From Candidatus Aenigmatarchaeota archaeon (GTDB lineage Archaea; Aenigmatarchaeota; Aenigmatarchaeia; PWEA01), in contig PWEA01000035.1 of NCBI GenBank assembly GCA_003553905.1, positions 1 to 63,744 on the forward strand: DNA of 63,744 nucleotides. The letters are read 5' to 3'. A program made the position numbers and the translations under genes. The notes below the pieces were generated by a model. That model saw only the letters and a program-made list of their open reading frames with translations, made no database searches and had not been told where the DNA came from. Positions within the stretch are counted from its first letter, which is position 1. Every line of letters begins with the position of its first letter. Below, one piece after another: positions 17,274-26,733 of this stretch.

Positions 17274-18674
17274 GTGAATAGATTGAAGAAGGCACTCTTG
17301 ATACTATCAACATTTCTTTTATTTGTTGCTATAACACCCACATCTCTGGCACATATAGAAATAGACTACAGAGAAACAGATTCCTGTAATATTCTGCCCT
17401 ACACATACGAGATAAACATAACAAATACACACGAAAGCCGGGATATATTCCGTGTTAGAAAACCACGCAAGTTCTCCACATGGATGTCGGTCACCAACAG
17501 TTTCATGCGAATCGAACCAAATGAAACAAAGTCCACAGAGATAACTGTCAAAGCCCCGAGGAATATCGAGCTCGGTGAATACAATACACAGTTCTCCGTG
17601 ATCTCAGAAAACTATAAAAACGTTTCTGCAAGCTCAGAGCTTTGTTTTATAGTACTAAGGGACTACTCAATGGTCTTCGAAAGCTTAGTTCTTGAAAAGG
17701 TTGATTATGGGCCAGGCGAAGAGGTAAGAGCCTTCGTTACAGTAGAAAACGATGGTACAAAAGACTTCGAAGACGGAGAGTTCCATATAGAGGTTATGAA
17801 AGGAGAAGAAACTATAGGAAGATCTGAAAAGGGATTTGTACTGGAAACGGGTAAGAGTAAAACTATAAACACACATGTACAGATGGAAGAATACCAGCCA
17901 CCAGGAGAGTATATCTTACATTACAAGATAAGGGGGGCAGGCCATACTATAAAAAGTGGTGAAGAATCCTTCGATGTATTAGAGGTCGTGGATTATAAGA
18001 CCAATGAGACAACCGATGGAATGTACATAGTAAGAACAAACACAATACATGCCCAAAACAAAGGAAACGTGGTAGAAGAAAAAAATATAGAAAAAAATAT
18101 AAGACTTCCTCTTTCTCTTTTAGCGACTGCAGAAGGAGCTGAACAGAGAAGGGAGGGTTTCTCAAATGTCTATACATGGAACATAGAACTAGAGCCAGGA
18201 GAAACAACCCAGATGAGTTACGAAATAAACTACTGGCCAATATACATCCTAATAATACTGGTCGCCCTTATACTATATAGAACCTATCTTTACATGAAGG
18301 CACCCGTAGTAAAGAAAGAAGTAGTTAAGAGTGAGATATCCGAGGACAAAAGAATATTAACAGTTTCCTTGCATGTAAAGAACCGGTTCTTCGGTAAAGC
18401 CAAAAACGTAATACTCGAAGATACTGTTCCTTCAATGGCCAGGGTACTGGATGAGTTCGATACATTAGAACCAAGTATAAAAAGAGGTGACGAGACCACA
18501 CTCCACTGGAAACTGGGAGATATGAACTCCGGGGACGATAGAGTAATACACTATAAAGCAAAGGTATTGGTTGAATCTGTAGACGAGCTCATATTCCCAG
18601 AAGCGAGGGTAAGGGGATCCACAGATGGAAGAACTTTTGAAAGATCTTCATCTAAAGTAAGACTGGGAATATGA
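17274..18674 (+). CDS. Secreted/membrane-anchored protein with CARDB/DUF11-like beta-sandwich domains
   Basis: Starting at GTG 17274 gives an N-terminal signal-like helix (NRLKKALLILSTFLLFVAITPTSLA). A CARDB-like segment (VRAFVTVENDGTKDF) and a TM helix (YWPIYILIILVALILY) are followed by a C-terminal DUF11-like domain (TTLHWKLGDMNSGDDRVIHYKAKV). Confidence 0.7.
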   Translation: MNRLKKALLILSTFLLFVAITPTSLAHIEIDYRETDSCNILPYTYEINITNTHESRDIFRVRKPRKFSTWMSVTNSFMRIEPNETKSTEITVKAPRNIELGEYNTQFSVISENYKNVSASSELCFIVLRDYSMVFESLVLEKVDYGPGEEVRAFVTVENDGTKDFEDGEFHIEVMKGEETIGRSEKGFVLETGKSKTINTHVQMEEYQPPGEYILHYKIRGAGHTIKSGEESFDVLEVVDYKTNETTDGMYIVRTNTIHAQNKGNVVEEKNIEKNIRLPLSLLATAEGAEQRREGFSNVYTWNIELEPGETTQMSYEINYWPIYILIILVALILYRTYLYMKAPVVKKEVVKSEISEDKRILTVSLHVKNRFFGKAKNVILEDTVPSMARVLDEFDTLEPSIKRGDETTLHWKLGDMNSGDDRVIHYKAKVLVESVDELIFPEARVRGSTDGRTFERSSSKVRLGI

Positions 18675-18696
18675 CCCGAAACATCTGATAAAGAAA

Positions 18697-18712
18697 AGAT
18701 TTAAAAAGTTTA
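18697..18712 (+). promoter_or_regulatory. Candidate BRE/TATA promoter (AGATTTAAAAAGTTTA)
   Basis: The box is centred about 27 nt upstream of the 5S rRNA 5' end and shares its motif with sites 13178 and 18885. Confidence 0.45.
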
Positions 18713-18730
18713 GATTCAATAGTTAGTAAG

Positions 18731-18845
18731 GCTGACGGCCAAAGCGGAGGGGCAACTCCCGTACCCATCCGAACACGGAAGAAAAGTCCTCCAGCGAATT
18801 GACCTGTATCCTCGAAAAGAGGTGAAAGTCAGGACGCTGTCAGCC
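18731..18845 (+). rRNA. rrf: 5S ribosomal RNA (stand-alone)
   Basis: The terminal helix is GCTGACGGCC.../...GCTGTCAGCC. The conserved core CCCGUACCCAUCCGAACACGGAAG...CCAGCG is present. No 16S or 23S gene lies in the window. Confidence 0.88.
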
Positions 18846-18884
18846 ACTATTTATTCTCCTTCGAGGGCACTTGGACGCATAAAT

Positions 18885-18897
18885 ACTTAAAAGGTTT
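18885..18897 (+). promoter_or_regulatory. Candidate TATA promoter (ACTTAAAAGGTTT)
   Basis: The box is centred about 30 nt upstream of tRNA-Asp. Confidence 0.4.
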
Positions 18898-18920
18898 CTC
18901 ACAACAATGTTATGTCATCA

Positions 18921-18996
18921 GCCGCGATGGTGTAGTGGCTTAGCATAGAGCCCTGTCGAGGCTCTGACCCGGGTTCAAATCCCGGTCGCGGCGCCA
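18921..18996 (+). tRNA. tRNA-Asp(GUC), intron-less, CCA encoded
   Basis: The cloverleaf has acceptor GCCGCGA/TCGCGGC, anticodon arm GAGCC-CTGTCGA-GGCTC and T arm CCGGG-TTCAAAT-CCCGG. Confidence 0.92.
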
Positions 18997-19015
18997 TTAA
19001 ACGAGGTATTTAGAA

Positions 19016-19234
19016 ATGTCCAGGAAAGTATGCCCGAACGAATATATGAACAAAGAACAATGTACCTGCACATACCCTGGATGTCCACGTAAAGGAATCT
19101 GTTGTGAATGTATCGAACACCACAGAAAAAACAATGAGATTCCGGGGTGTCTTTTCACAGAACAAGGAGAAGAAACCCACGATAGATCGATGGAAAACCT
19201 TATCGAAGATAGAAAAATAAACAAGGGCTCGTAG
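19016..19234 (+). CDS. Small Cys-rich protein (DUF6485-like CTCTYPGC...CCEC motif)
   Basis: The 72-aa ORF contains CTCTYPGCPRKGICCECIEHHRKNNEIPGCLF. Its last 10 nt overlap the 5' end of tRNA-Lys(UUU). Confidence 0.55.
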   Translation: MSRKVCPNEYMNKEQCTCTYPGCPRKGICCECIEHHRKNNEIPGCLFTEQGEETHDRSMENLIEDRKINKGS

Positions 19235-19409
19235 CTCAGTCTGGCAGAGCACTGGGCTTTTAACTATTTGCAAACGGAGTTTCGCAAAACTGAAACTCTG
19301 TTCCATAAATGAGGTTAAAAGCTCCGACGTAGACCGGTTAATATCAGTATCAAGGTCACGGATGAAGAAAGAAACCCAGTAGTCGCGGGTTCAAATCCCG
19401 TCGAGCCCA
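19225..19409 (+). tRNA. tRNA-Lys(UUU), 185 nt, with a 111-nt anticodon-loop intron
   Basis: The acceptor stem is GGGCTCG/CGAGCCC. The anticodon arm is CTGGG-CUUUUA|intron 19263-19373|A-CCCAG, and the T arm is GCGGG-TTCAAAT-CCCGT. No CCA is encoded. Confidence 0.85.
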
Positions 19410-19541
19410 TCAACGGTTCGTCAATAGTCTATTAAAAAAGACCAAAACCTTTATAAACGTTAACCTACAAAGGAAATTACCAGTTCATGAGCTTTCTATA
19501 AAGGTAAGGCAAGATATCTTGTATAAAGGGTATGGGAAAAT

Positions 19542-19787
19542 ATGGGCAAAAAATACGATGTAACAGATCATGTGAGGGTACCAGAACACAAAGTTCTATC
19601 TTCTGAGGAAAAGGAAGAGCTTTTGGAAAGGTTCAACGTAAAGGAACAACAGCTTCCGAAGATATACCACAACGATCCTGTAGTAAAGGAGTTGGATGCT
19701 TCGGTAGGCGATGTCCTTAAAATCGAAAGAAATAGCCCTACTGCAGGAAAGGCTGTCTACTACAGGCTCATAGTCGAAAGAAAGTAA
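19542..19787 (+). CDS. rpoH: DNA-directed RNA polymerase subunit H (Rpo5)
   Basis: The 81-aa ORF contains HVRVPEHKVLSSEEKEELLERFNV and SPTAGKAVYYRLIV. It lies upstream of rpoB. Confidence 0.92.
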   Translation: MGKKYDVTDHVRVPEHKVLSSEEKEELLERFNVKEQQLPKIYHNDPVVKELDASVGDVLKIERNSPTAGKAVYYRLIVERK

Positions 19788-19799
19788 CCGTGGTTAAAA

Positions 19800-21290
19800 A
19801 TGAAAAAAACTAAACTCCAATCTCTGCTGAAGGCATTTAAATCCGAAAAGGGCTTTGCAAGGTATCAAATAGATGCATATAACAGATTTATAGATGAAAG
19901 ACTACAGGAAATAATAGACGGTATAGGAGATATAGAGCCCGAATCAGAAAAGTTAGGTGACTTTACAATAGAACTGGGGGAAGTACGCGTTGGTGAACCT
20001 TCTGTTAAGGAAGCAGATGGAAGCCTAAGAAAAATACTACCCAAGGAAGCCAGGCTGAGAGATATAACATATTCAGCTCCAATATTTCTTCAAATGACAA
20101 CGAAGGCCGACGGAGAGGTCCATGAACAAAAGGAAGTAAAGATAGGTGAACTTCCTATAATGGTAAGATCAAAGAAATGTCCCCTATCGGAGATGGACGA
20201 AGAAGAGCTCATAGACGCAGGTGAAGATCCGGAGGATCTAGGAGGATACTTTATCGTAAACGGAACAGAAAGAGTTCTTATGCTTCTTGAAGAGGTAGCC
20301 CCAAACAGGGTCATAGTTGAAAAGAGAAGTAAGAAAAAGATTGAATACGCAGCAAGGATAAACTCCGAAAGGAGTGGATGGGGTCAAAGACATACGATAA
20401 ACAAAAAGAAGGACGGTTTACTGACAATATCATTTGCAAATGCACGTAAGGTTCCTTTAGTAGTTGTTATGAGAGCACTTGGTCTGGAAACAGATAAAGA
20501 GATAGTCCAATCAATAACAGGGGAAGAAAGGTACCAAGAGGAAATATACGCCAATCTATACGAAACAGACGTCTCGGACACAGAAGAAGCTCTAAGCTAT
20601 ATAGGGAAGGGGATGAATGTTTCAGAAGAGGAGTACAGAAAACAGAGGGCCGGAGAAGTAATAGATAAATATCTACTTCCGCATATAAGCCAGGAGGAGG
20701 AGGGAAGAATGGACAAAGCAAAATATCTTGGAAGGTGCGCTAAAAAGATACTTTATGTCTCAAACGGCGATCTTGAGCCCGATGACATAGACCATTACAG
20801 AAACAAACGCATAAGAACAAGTTCCGAGTTGCTTGAGATACTGATAAGGAGTAAGCTACTGGGTAGGGTTGGTCTTATTTCCAGGATAAAATACAACTAC
20901 AAAAAAATAGCTAGGAGAGGAAAGGTCCCTACTATAAATACAGTTGTAGAGTCTGATATGCTCACAGGTCAGATACAGTCGGCCTTTGCAACTGGTCTCT
21001 GGGTAGGAGGAAGAAGCGGTGTTTCACAGAGACTAGAAAGAACAAACTTCATAAAGACACTTTCCCACCTGAGAAATGTTACCTCACCGCTGTCCACACA
21101 ACAGGAACATTTTGATGCAAGACAACTACATGCAACACATTGGGGCAGGTTGGGCGCAACACAAACACCGGAGGGACCTACAATAGGTCTAAGGAAGTAT
21201 CTCGCACTTATGGCATCCATATCCACAGGACTACCGGAGTTCGAGGCAGAAGAAGCACTTAAAAATCTAAAGGTTGAGATAAAGAGGTAG
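19800..21290 (+). CDS. rpoB2: DNA-directed RNA polymerase subunit B'' (Rpo2, N-terminal half of split B)
   Basis: The 496-aa ORF has the N-terminal RpoB domains (GGYFIVNGTERVLM) and ends where B' begins. Confidence 0.95.
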   Translation: MKKTKLQSLLKAFKSEKGFARYQIDAYNRFIDERLQEIIDGIGDIEPESEKLGDFTIELGEVRVGEPSVKEADGSLRKILPKEARLRDITYSAPIFLQMTTKADGEVHEQKEVKIGELPIMVRSKKCPLSEMDEEELIDAGEDPEDLGGYFIVNGTERVLMLLEEVAPNRVIVEKRSKKKIEYAARINSERSGWGQRHTINKKKDGLLTISFANARKVPLVVVMRALGLETDKEIVQSITGEERYQEEIYANLYETDVSDTEEALSYIGKGMNVSEEEYRKQRAGEVIDKYLLPHISQEEEGRMDKAKYLGRCAKKILYVSNGDLEPDDIDHYRNKRIRTSSELLEILIRSKLLGRVGLISRIKYNYKKIARRGKVPTINTVVESDMLTGQIQSAFATGLWVGGRSGVSQRLERTNFIKTLSHLRNVTSPLSTQQEHFDARQLHATHWGRLGATQTPEGPTIGLRKYLALMASISTGLPEFEAEEALKNLKVEIKR

Positions 21291-21295
21291 ATAAA

Positions 21296-23095
21296 TTGAC
21301 AGATTTATTTTTAAACGGCAAGTTCATAGGCACAACAGAAGAACCAAAGGAACTAGTCAGAGAAGTAAGAGAAGGAAGAAGGGAAGGTAAGTTCCCCCAT
21401 GATTTTAACATCAGATATAACGAAGAGGAAGAAAATATAAGGATAAACACAGACTCAGGTAGGGTGAGAAGACCTCTTGTGAGGGTTGAAGACGGAGAAC
21501 CTCTTCTGACAGAAGATCATATAGAGGACATAGAAGATGGGGAAATCAGGTGGAGTGATCTGATTGAAGAGGGTGTAATCGAATGGATAGATGCTTCAGA
21601 GGAAGAAGATCTCCTAGTAGCATCAAAGGAGGAAGATATAACCGATAAACATACTCATGTTGAGATTCACCCAGCAAACATACTGGGTATAAATGCTTCT
21701 CTTGTGCCCTTCCCCGAATACAACAGAGGAGACAGGGTAAGCTACGGAGCAAAGATGATAGGTCAAACCCTTGGTTTTTATAGTGCAAACTATCCCCTAA
21801 GGGCGGACACGAAGAGCAACATATTAGCATACCCTCAAACGCCGCTGGTAACCACACAAACAGAAGAAGCAGTTGAGCTGGAAAAACATCCTGCAGGGCA
21901 GAACGTAGTCGTAGCTTTGTTATCATACAAAGGTTTCAATATAGAAGACGCACTAATAGTTAACAAAAGCAGCGTTGAGAGAGGATTTGCAAGGAGCTAT
22001 TTCTTTAGAACATACGATGCTGAAAAACAGAGATACTCTGGTGGACAGGAAGATGAAATAAGTATACCGGACAAGGATGTGAGAGGTTACAGATCAGAAG
22101 AAGCATACTCTCATCTATCGGAGGATGGTATAGTACCACCCGAAGTAGGAGTAGAAAGTGGGAGTGTAATTATAGGTAAGACCTCACCGCTACGTTTTAT
22201 GGGAACAGGTGAGTTTGTTACAGGAATACAAAACAGGAGGGAAACTTCGGTCACAGTTAGACATGGTGAAGGTGGCGTTGCCGACAAAGTTCTTCTTTCG
22301 GAGACCGAAAACGGTAACAAGCTTGTTAAAGTTACTGTGAGAGAACAGAGAATACCAGAACTTGGTGACAAGTTCGCTACACGACATGGACAAAAGGGTG
22401 TTATAGGACTTATGGAACCCGAAGAAAACATGCCGTTTACAAAGGATGGAGTAACACCTGATATTATATTGAACCCACATGGGATCCCGTCAAGACAAAC
22501 AGTTGGACAGATACTTGAAATACTTGCAGGTAAAACAGGAGCCCTCGAAGGAACGAAAATCGATGGGACAGCTTTCTCATCCGAGGAAGAAGACAGTATA
22601 AGAGAAAGGCTGAGAGACTGCGGGTTTAGATCGGACGGAAAGGAGGTTTTATATAACGGAACTACGGGTGAAATTATGGAAGCAGAGATATTCCAAGGTG
22701 TTGTTTACTATGAAAAACTGGAACATATGGTATCCAACAAGATACACGCAAGATCCAGAGGACCCGTTACGCTGCTCACAAAACAGCCCACAGAAGGAAG
22801 AGCAAAGGAAGGAGGACTAAGACTGGGTGAAATGGAAAAGGACTGCTTCATCGGCCACGGTGCATCGATGACATTAAAAGAAAGGTTCTCATCGGACAAG
22901 GTTACGTTACCTATATGTAAAAAGTGCGGTGTTGTGGCCATCGAAGATGAAAGTAAGGATGAAACGAGATGTCCGATGTGTAAAAAGAGCGATGAAGTAG
23001 AAGAAGTTCCAATGAGCTATGGCTTCAAGCTGCTACTTGATGAACTAAAATCAATGACAATATATCCAAAACTTGATATAGGGGAGTCGGTCTAG
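21296..23095 (+). CDS. rpoB1: DNA-directed RNA polymerase subunit B' (Rpo2, C-terminal half)
   Basis: The 599-aa ORF contains GDKFATRHGQKGV, NPHGIPSRQTVGQ and a C-terminal Zn ribbon (CKKCG...CPMC). The start is TTG, 5 nt after the B'' stop. Confidence 0.95.
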   Translation: MTDLFLNGKFIGTTEEPKELVREVREGRREGKFPHDFNIRYNEEEENIRINTDSGRVRRPLVRVEDGEPLLTEDHIEDIEDGEIRWSDLIEEGVIEWIDASEEEDLLVASKEEDITDKHTHVEIHPANILGINASLVPFPEYNRGDRVSYGAKMIGQTLGFYSANYPLRADTKSNILAYPQTPLVTTQTEEAVELEKHPAGQNVVVALLSYKGFNIEDALIVNKSSVERGFARSYFFRTYDAEKQRYSGGQEDEISIPDKDVRGYRSEEAYSHLSEDGIVPPEVGVESGSVIIGKTSPLRFMGTGEFVTGIQNRRETSVTVRHGEGGVADKVLLSETENGNKLVKVTVREQRIPELGDKFATRHGQKGVIGLMEPEENMPFTKDGVTPDIILNPHGIPSRQTVGQILEILAGKTGALEGTKIDGTAFSSEEEDSIRERLRDCGFRSDGKEVLYNGTTGEIMEAEIFQGVVYYEKLEHMVSNKIHARSRGPVTLLTKQPTEGRAKEGGLRLGEMEKDCFIGHGASMTLKERFSSDKVTLPICKKCGVVAIEDESKDETRCPMCKKSDEVEEVPMSYGFKLLLDELKSMTIYPKLDIGESV

Positions 23096-25570
23096 ATGCC
23101 ACACAAAATAAATAAGATAGAGTTCAAGATACTGTCTCCACAACAGATTAAGGAGATGGCTGTAGGAGAAATCACAGATCCAACACTGTACGACAAAAGT
23201 GGTTATCCGGCGGAGAACGGGGTTATGGACCCAAGAATGGGCGTTATAGATCCCGGTATGAAATGTAGAACATGTGGCAAGAGCATAGGGTCATGTCCAG
23301 GTCATTTCGGATACATCGACCTATCCAGACCCGTGGTACATGTAAGATATGTAAAAACTGTGTACAAGTTCCTGAGAGCTACATGTCAAGAATGTCATAA
23401 ACCGCTCGGAGATGACGAAGAAATAGAAGAGATGGAAGATCCTCTCTACGAACTGTATTTGAAGAAAAGGAAAAAATGTCCACACTGTGATGCTGAACAG
23501 GACAAAGTAAAGAGAAAGAGGCCCCACAATTTTACTCTCGGTGGAAGACAACTAAACCCAAGGGAAATAAGAGAATGGTTTGAAAATATATCAGATGAAA
23601 CAATAAAAAAGTTTGGAATAAACGGCGGTAGACCCGAGTGGCTCATACTTACACTACTACCCGTCCCTCCTGTAACGATGAGACCTTCCATAACTCTACA
23701 GTCAAGCCAAAGATCAGAAGACGACCTAACACATAAGCTCGTTGATCTCATAAGGATAAATCAAAGGCTTGCCGACAATATAGAGATAGGGGCACCTGAT
23801 TTCATAATAGACGATCTATGGGAGCTTCTACAGTACCATGTTTCGACGTTCTTTGACAACAACTTATCAAGTGTACCACAGGCAAGACATAGAAGTGGTA
23901 GGGCACTCAAAACATTGGCTCAGAGGCTGAAAAGCAAACAGGGAAGATTCAGAGGAAACCTGGCCGGTAAGCGTGTTGACTTTTCCTCAAGAACAGTCAT
24001 ATCACCGGATCCCGACATTTCAATAAACGATGTCGGCGTACCGGAACAGATTGCAAAGGAAATTACAATACCGGAAAAGGTCAGAGAAGATAATCTCAAA
24101 GAATTAAAATCCCTTGTTAAGAACGGTCCAGAAAACCATCCGGGTGCCAACTACTTAAAGAGACCAGATGGAGGAAAGAAAAAAATAACAGAAGATAACT
24201 GTGAAAAAATATCCGAAGAGTTGGAGGTTGGGTTTATTGTCGAAAGACATCTACAGAACGGAGATGTTGCACTGTTTAATCGACAACCATCTCTGCATAG
24301 GATGAGTCTTATGGCACACAGAGTTAGGATTATGCCTGGCAAAACATTCAGACTCAACCTGTGTGTTTGTGACCCGTACAACGCTGACTTCGACGGTGAC
24401 GAAATGAATCTCCATGTCCCACAGACCGCCGAGGCAAGGGCAGAAGCAGAAGAACTAATGCTTGTGCAGGAAAATATAAGAAGCCCTAGATTCGGAGGAC
24501 CTATAATAGGATGTACTCAGGACCATATATCTGGACTCTATCTTCTAACGGGAGACGATGTAGAGTTTGACAGAAAGACCGCACAGGAGATTGTAACCCA
24601 AGCAGGAGATGAAGATGTCGTTTTCGAATCTGAAACAGTCACTGGAAAAGAGGTATTTTCAAAGTTTATCCCTGATTTAACTGTTGTATTCGATTCAGAA
24701 TCGGGAGATGAAAAAGTAATAATAGAAAACGGCGAACTAAAGCAAGGAAGGATAGATGAAGCTGCAGTAGGTTCATTTGCTGGTAAATTAACAGAAAAGA
24801 TCGAAAGGAAACACGGCACGGAGGTAACAAAGGACTTCCTTGACTCAATAAGTAGACTTTCTCTTGAATATCTTAACAGAAGAGGATTTTCTATGAGCAT
24901 ATCCGATTTGGATATAACGGAGGAATCAAAGGATGAAATAACTAATATGATCAACGATGCTGAAGAGGATTCACATAGACTCATACAGAACTTTGAAGAA
25001 GGTGATATAGATCAGATACCAGGACAAACTAAAAAAGAATCACTCGAATCCCATATAAATAGAAGACTCGGGCAGGTCCAGAATTCTGCGAACGATGTAG
25101 TAGGAAACGACCTTCCGCAGAAAAGCTCGGCAGTAAATATGGCAAAGTCCGGTGCAAGAGGAGGTATGGTACAGTTATCTCAGATAGCGGGTGTCGTAGG
25201 ACAACAGACACTAGAAGGCAACAGAATACACAGAGGTTATAAAGACAGAACCCTTTCTCTGTTTGAAAGAGGGGAATTATCACCAAAGGCACACGGATTC
25301 GTAAGCTCCTCGTTCAAAAGTGGTTTATCCCCAGAAGAGTTTTATTTCCTAGTTATGAATGGAAGAGAAGGTTTGATGGATACAAGTCTGAGGACAAGGA
25401 AAAGTGGGTATATGGAAAGAAGGCTTGTAAATGCATTACAGGATCTCAAGGTGGAGACAGATGGAACAGTAAGGGACAACAGAAAGACGATAATACAGTT
25501 CACACCAGGAGAAGACGGGGTTGATCCAGCAAAGAGCAAGGAAGGAGATGTACCAATAGAAATTGAGTGA
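23096..25570 (+). CDS. rpoA1: DNA-directed RNA polymerase subunit A' (Rpo1N)
   Basis: The 824-aa ORF has the [12 protein letters not shown] catalytic motif and N-terminal Zn motifs. Confidence 0.96.
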   Translation: MPHKINKIEFKILSPQQIKEMAVGEITDPTLYDKSGYPAENGVMDPRMGVIDPGMKCRTCGKSIGSCPGHFGYIDLSRPVVHVRYVKTVYKFLRATCQECHKPLGDDEEIEEMEDPLYELYLKKRKKCPHCDAEQDKVKRKRPHNFTLGGRQLNPREIREWFENISDETIKKFGINGGRPEWLILTLLPVPPVTMRPSITLQSSQRSEDDLTHKLVDLIRINQRLADNIEIGAPDFIIDDLWELLQYHVSTFFDNNLSSVPQARHRSGRALKTLAQRLKSKQGRFRGNLAGKRVDFSSRTVISPDPDISINDVGVPEQIAKEITIPEKVREDNLKELKSLVKNGPENHPGANYLKRPDGGKKKITEDNCEKISEELEVGFIVERHLQNGDVALFNRQPSLHRMSLMAHRVRIMPGKTFRLNLCVCDPYNADFDGDEMNLHVPQTAEARAEAEELMLVQENIRSPRFGGPIIGCTQDHISGLYLLTGDDVEFDRKTAQEIVTQAGDEDVVFESETVTGKEVFSKFIPDLTVVFDSESGDEKVIIENGELKQGRIDEAAVGSFAGKLTEKIERKHGTEVTKDFLDSISRLSLEYLNRRGFSMSISDLDITEESKDEITNMINDAEEDSHRLIQNFEEGDIDQIPGQTKKESLESHINRRLGQVQNSANDVVGNDLPQKSSAVNMAKSGARGGMVQLSQIAGVVGQQTLEGNRIHRGYKDRTLSLFERGELSPKAHGFVSSSFKSGLSPEEFYFLVMNGREGLMDTSLRTRKSGYMERRLVNALQDLKVETDGTVRDNRKTIIQFTPGEDGVDPAKSKEGDVPIEIE

Positions 25571-25574
25571 TATT

Positions 25575-26726
25575 ATGAACTATGAAAAAAAGGTGAATAA
25601 ACTAGAAGGGAAGCTTCCTGAAAGGGTAAAAAATAGACTAATCGAAAAGATGGAAGAAGAAGAACTCAAAGGCCAGGAAGCAGATGAGCTCATAGAGAAT
25701 ACAAAGAAGGAGTATAAAAGGTGTAGATTCGAGGCAGGAGAAGCTATAGGCGTTATAGCAGCACAGTCTATCTCGGAACCGGCAACACAGATGACAATGC
25801 GTACTTACCATGTAGCCGGTTCAGCACAGGGTGTAGAGATTACACAAGGTCTTCCTAGACTAATAGAAGTCGTTGATGCCAGGAAAACCATAAAAACGCC
25901 TTCAATGGATGTCTATCTGGAAGAAGAATATCAAAATGAGGAAGAAGCAAGAAATGTTGCAAACGAAATAAGAGAAACAAAGCTTGTTGATATTATAACA
26001 GAGGACAGGATAGATCTTCTAAATCTGGTCGTTGAATTCGATATAGACAAGGAGGCACTGAAAGGAGTAAATATGGATAAGGAAGAGGCAATAGGCAGTC
26101 TCAATAAAGGAAGAAGAAAGTACGAGGCGGAGTTGGATGGAAATGTAATAAAGATAGTACCCAAGGACGACGATGTATCTGTAAGAGATCTTCAAAAAAT
26201 AAAGAATAAAGTTATGGATAAACACATGAAAGGTATAAAGGGAATCTCTCAGGCAGTTGTAACAGAGACACAAGGGATGTGGACAATCCAAACTCTTGGA
26301 ACAAACCTAAAAAAAGTTCTCAAGGTAGAAGGCGTGAATCCCAAAAAGACTGTATCAAGCGACCCAAGGGAAATGGAAAAGGTATTCGGTATAGAAGCCT
26401 GCAGAAATACCGTGCTCAAAGAAGGACATAAAACCATAAAAGATCAGGGACTAGACGTAGATATAAGACATATGATGCTTGTTGCAGACACCATGACGGT
26501 AGACGGAGAGCTCAAGGCCATAGGAAGATATGGAATAGCAGGTGAAAAGGGTTCAGTTCTTGCAAGAGCAAGCTTCGAAGTTACAGTAAGACATCTGACA
26601 GACGCAGCCATCGAAGGAGAGGTCGATGACCTAAACTCCACAGTAGAAAATGTTATAATAAATCAGACTGTTCCGGTTGGCACAGGTATGTACGATGTAG
26701 TTTACAAACCAGAAAGGTCCGAGTGA
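25575..26726 (+). CDS. rpoA2: DNA-directed RNA polymerase subunit A'' (Rpo1C)
   Basis: [25 protein letters not shown] (trigger-loop region) is present. ATG 25575 follows the A' stop; TTG 25563 is an alternative start. Confidence 0.95.
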   Translation: MNYEKKVNKLEGKLPERVKNRLIEKMEEEELKGQEADELIENTKKEYKRCRFEAGEAIGVIAAQSISEPATQMTMRTYHVAGSAQGVEITQGLPRLIEVVDARKTIKTPSMDVYLEEEYQNEEEARNVANEIRETKLVDIITEDRIDLLNLVVEFDIDKEALKGVNMDKEEAIGSLNKGRRKYEAELDGNVIKIVPKDDDVSVRDLQKIKNKVMDKHMKGIKGISQAVVTETQGMWTIQTLGTNLKKVLKVEGVNPKKTVSSDPREMEKVFGIEACRNTVLKEGHKTIKDQGLDVDIRHMMLVADTMTVDGELKAIGRYGIAGEKGSVLARASFEVTVRHLTDAAIEGEVDDLNSTVENVIINQTVPVGTGMYDVVYKPERSE

Positions 26727-26733
26727 TTTTGTT

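Noticed and set aside
19263-19373. A canonical C/D-box sRNA encoded in the tRNA-Lys(UUU) intron.
   Set aside because: The C-like (AUGAGG, GAUGAAG) and D-like (CUGA) elements are degenerate and in the wrong order for a linear C/D RNA. The idea is kept only as a low-confidence possibility (circular permutation) in the findings.
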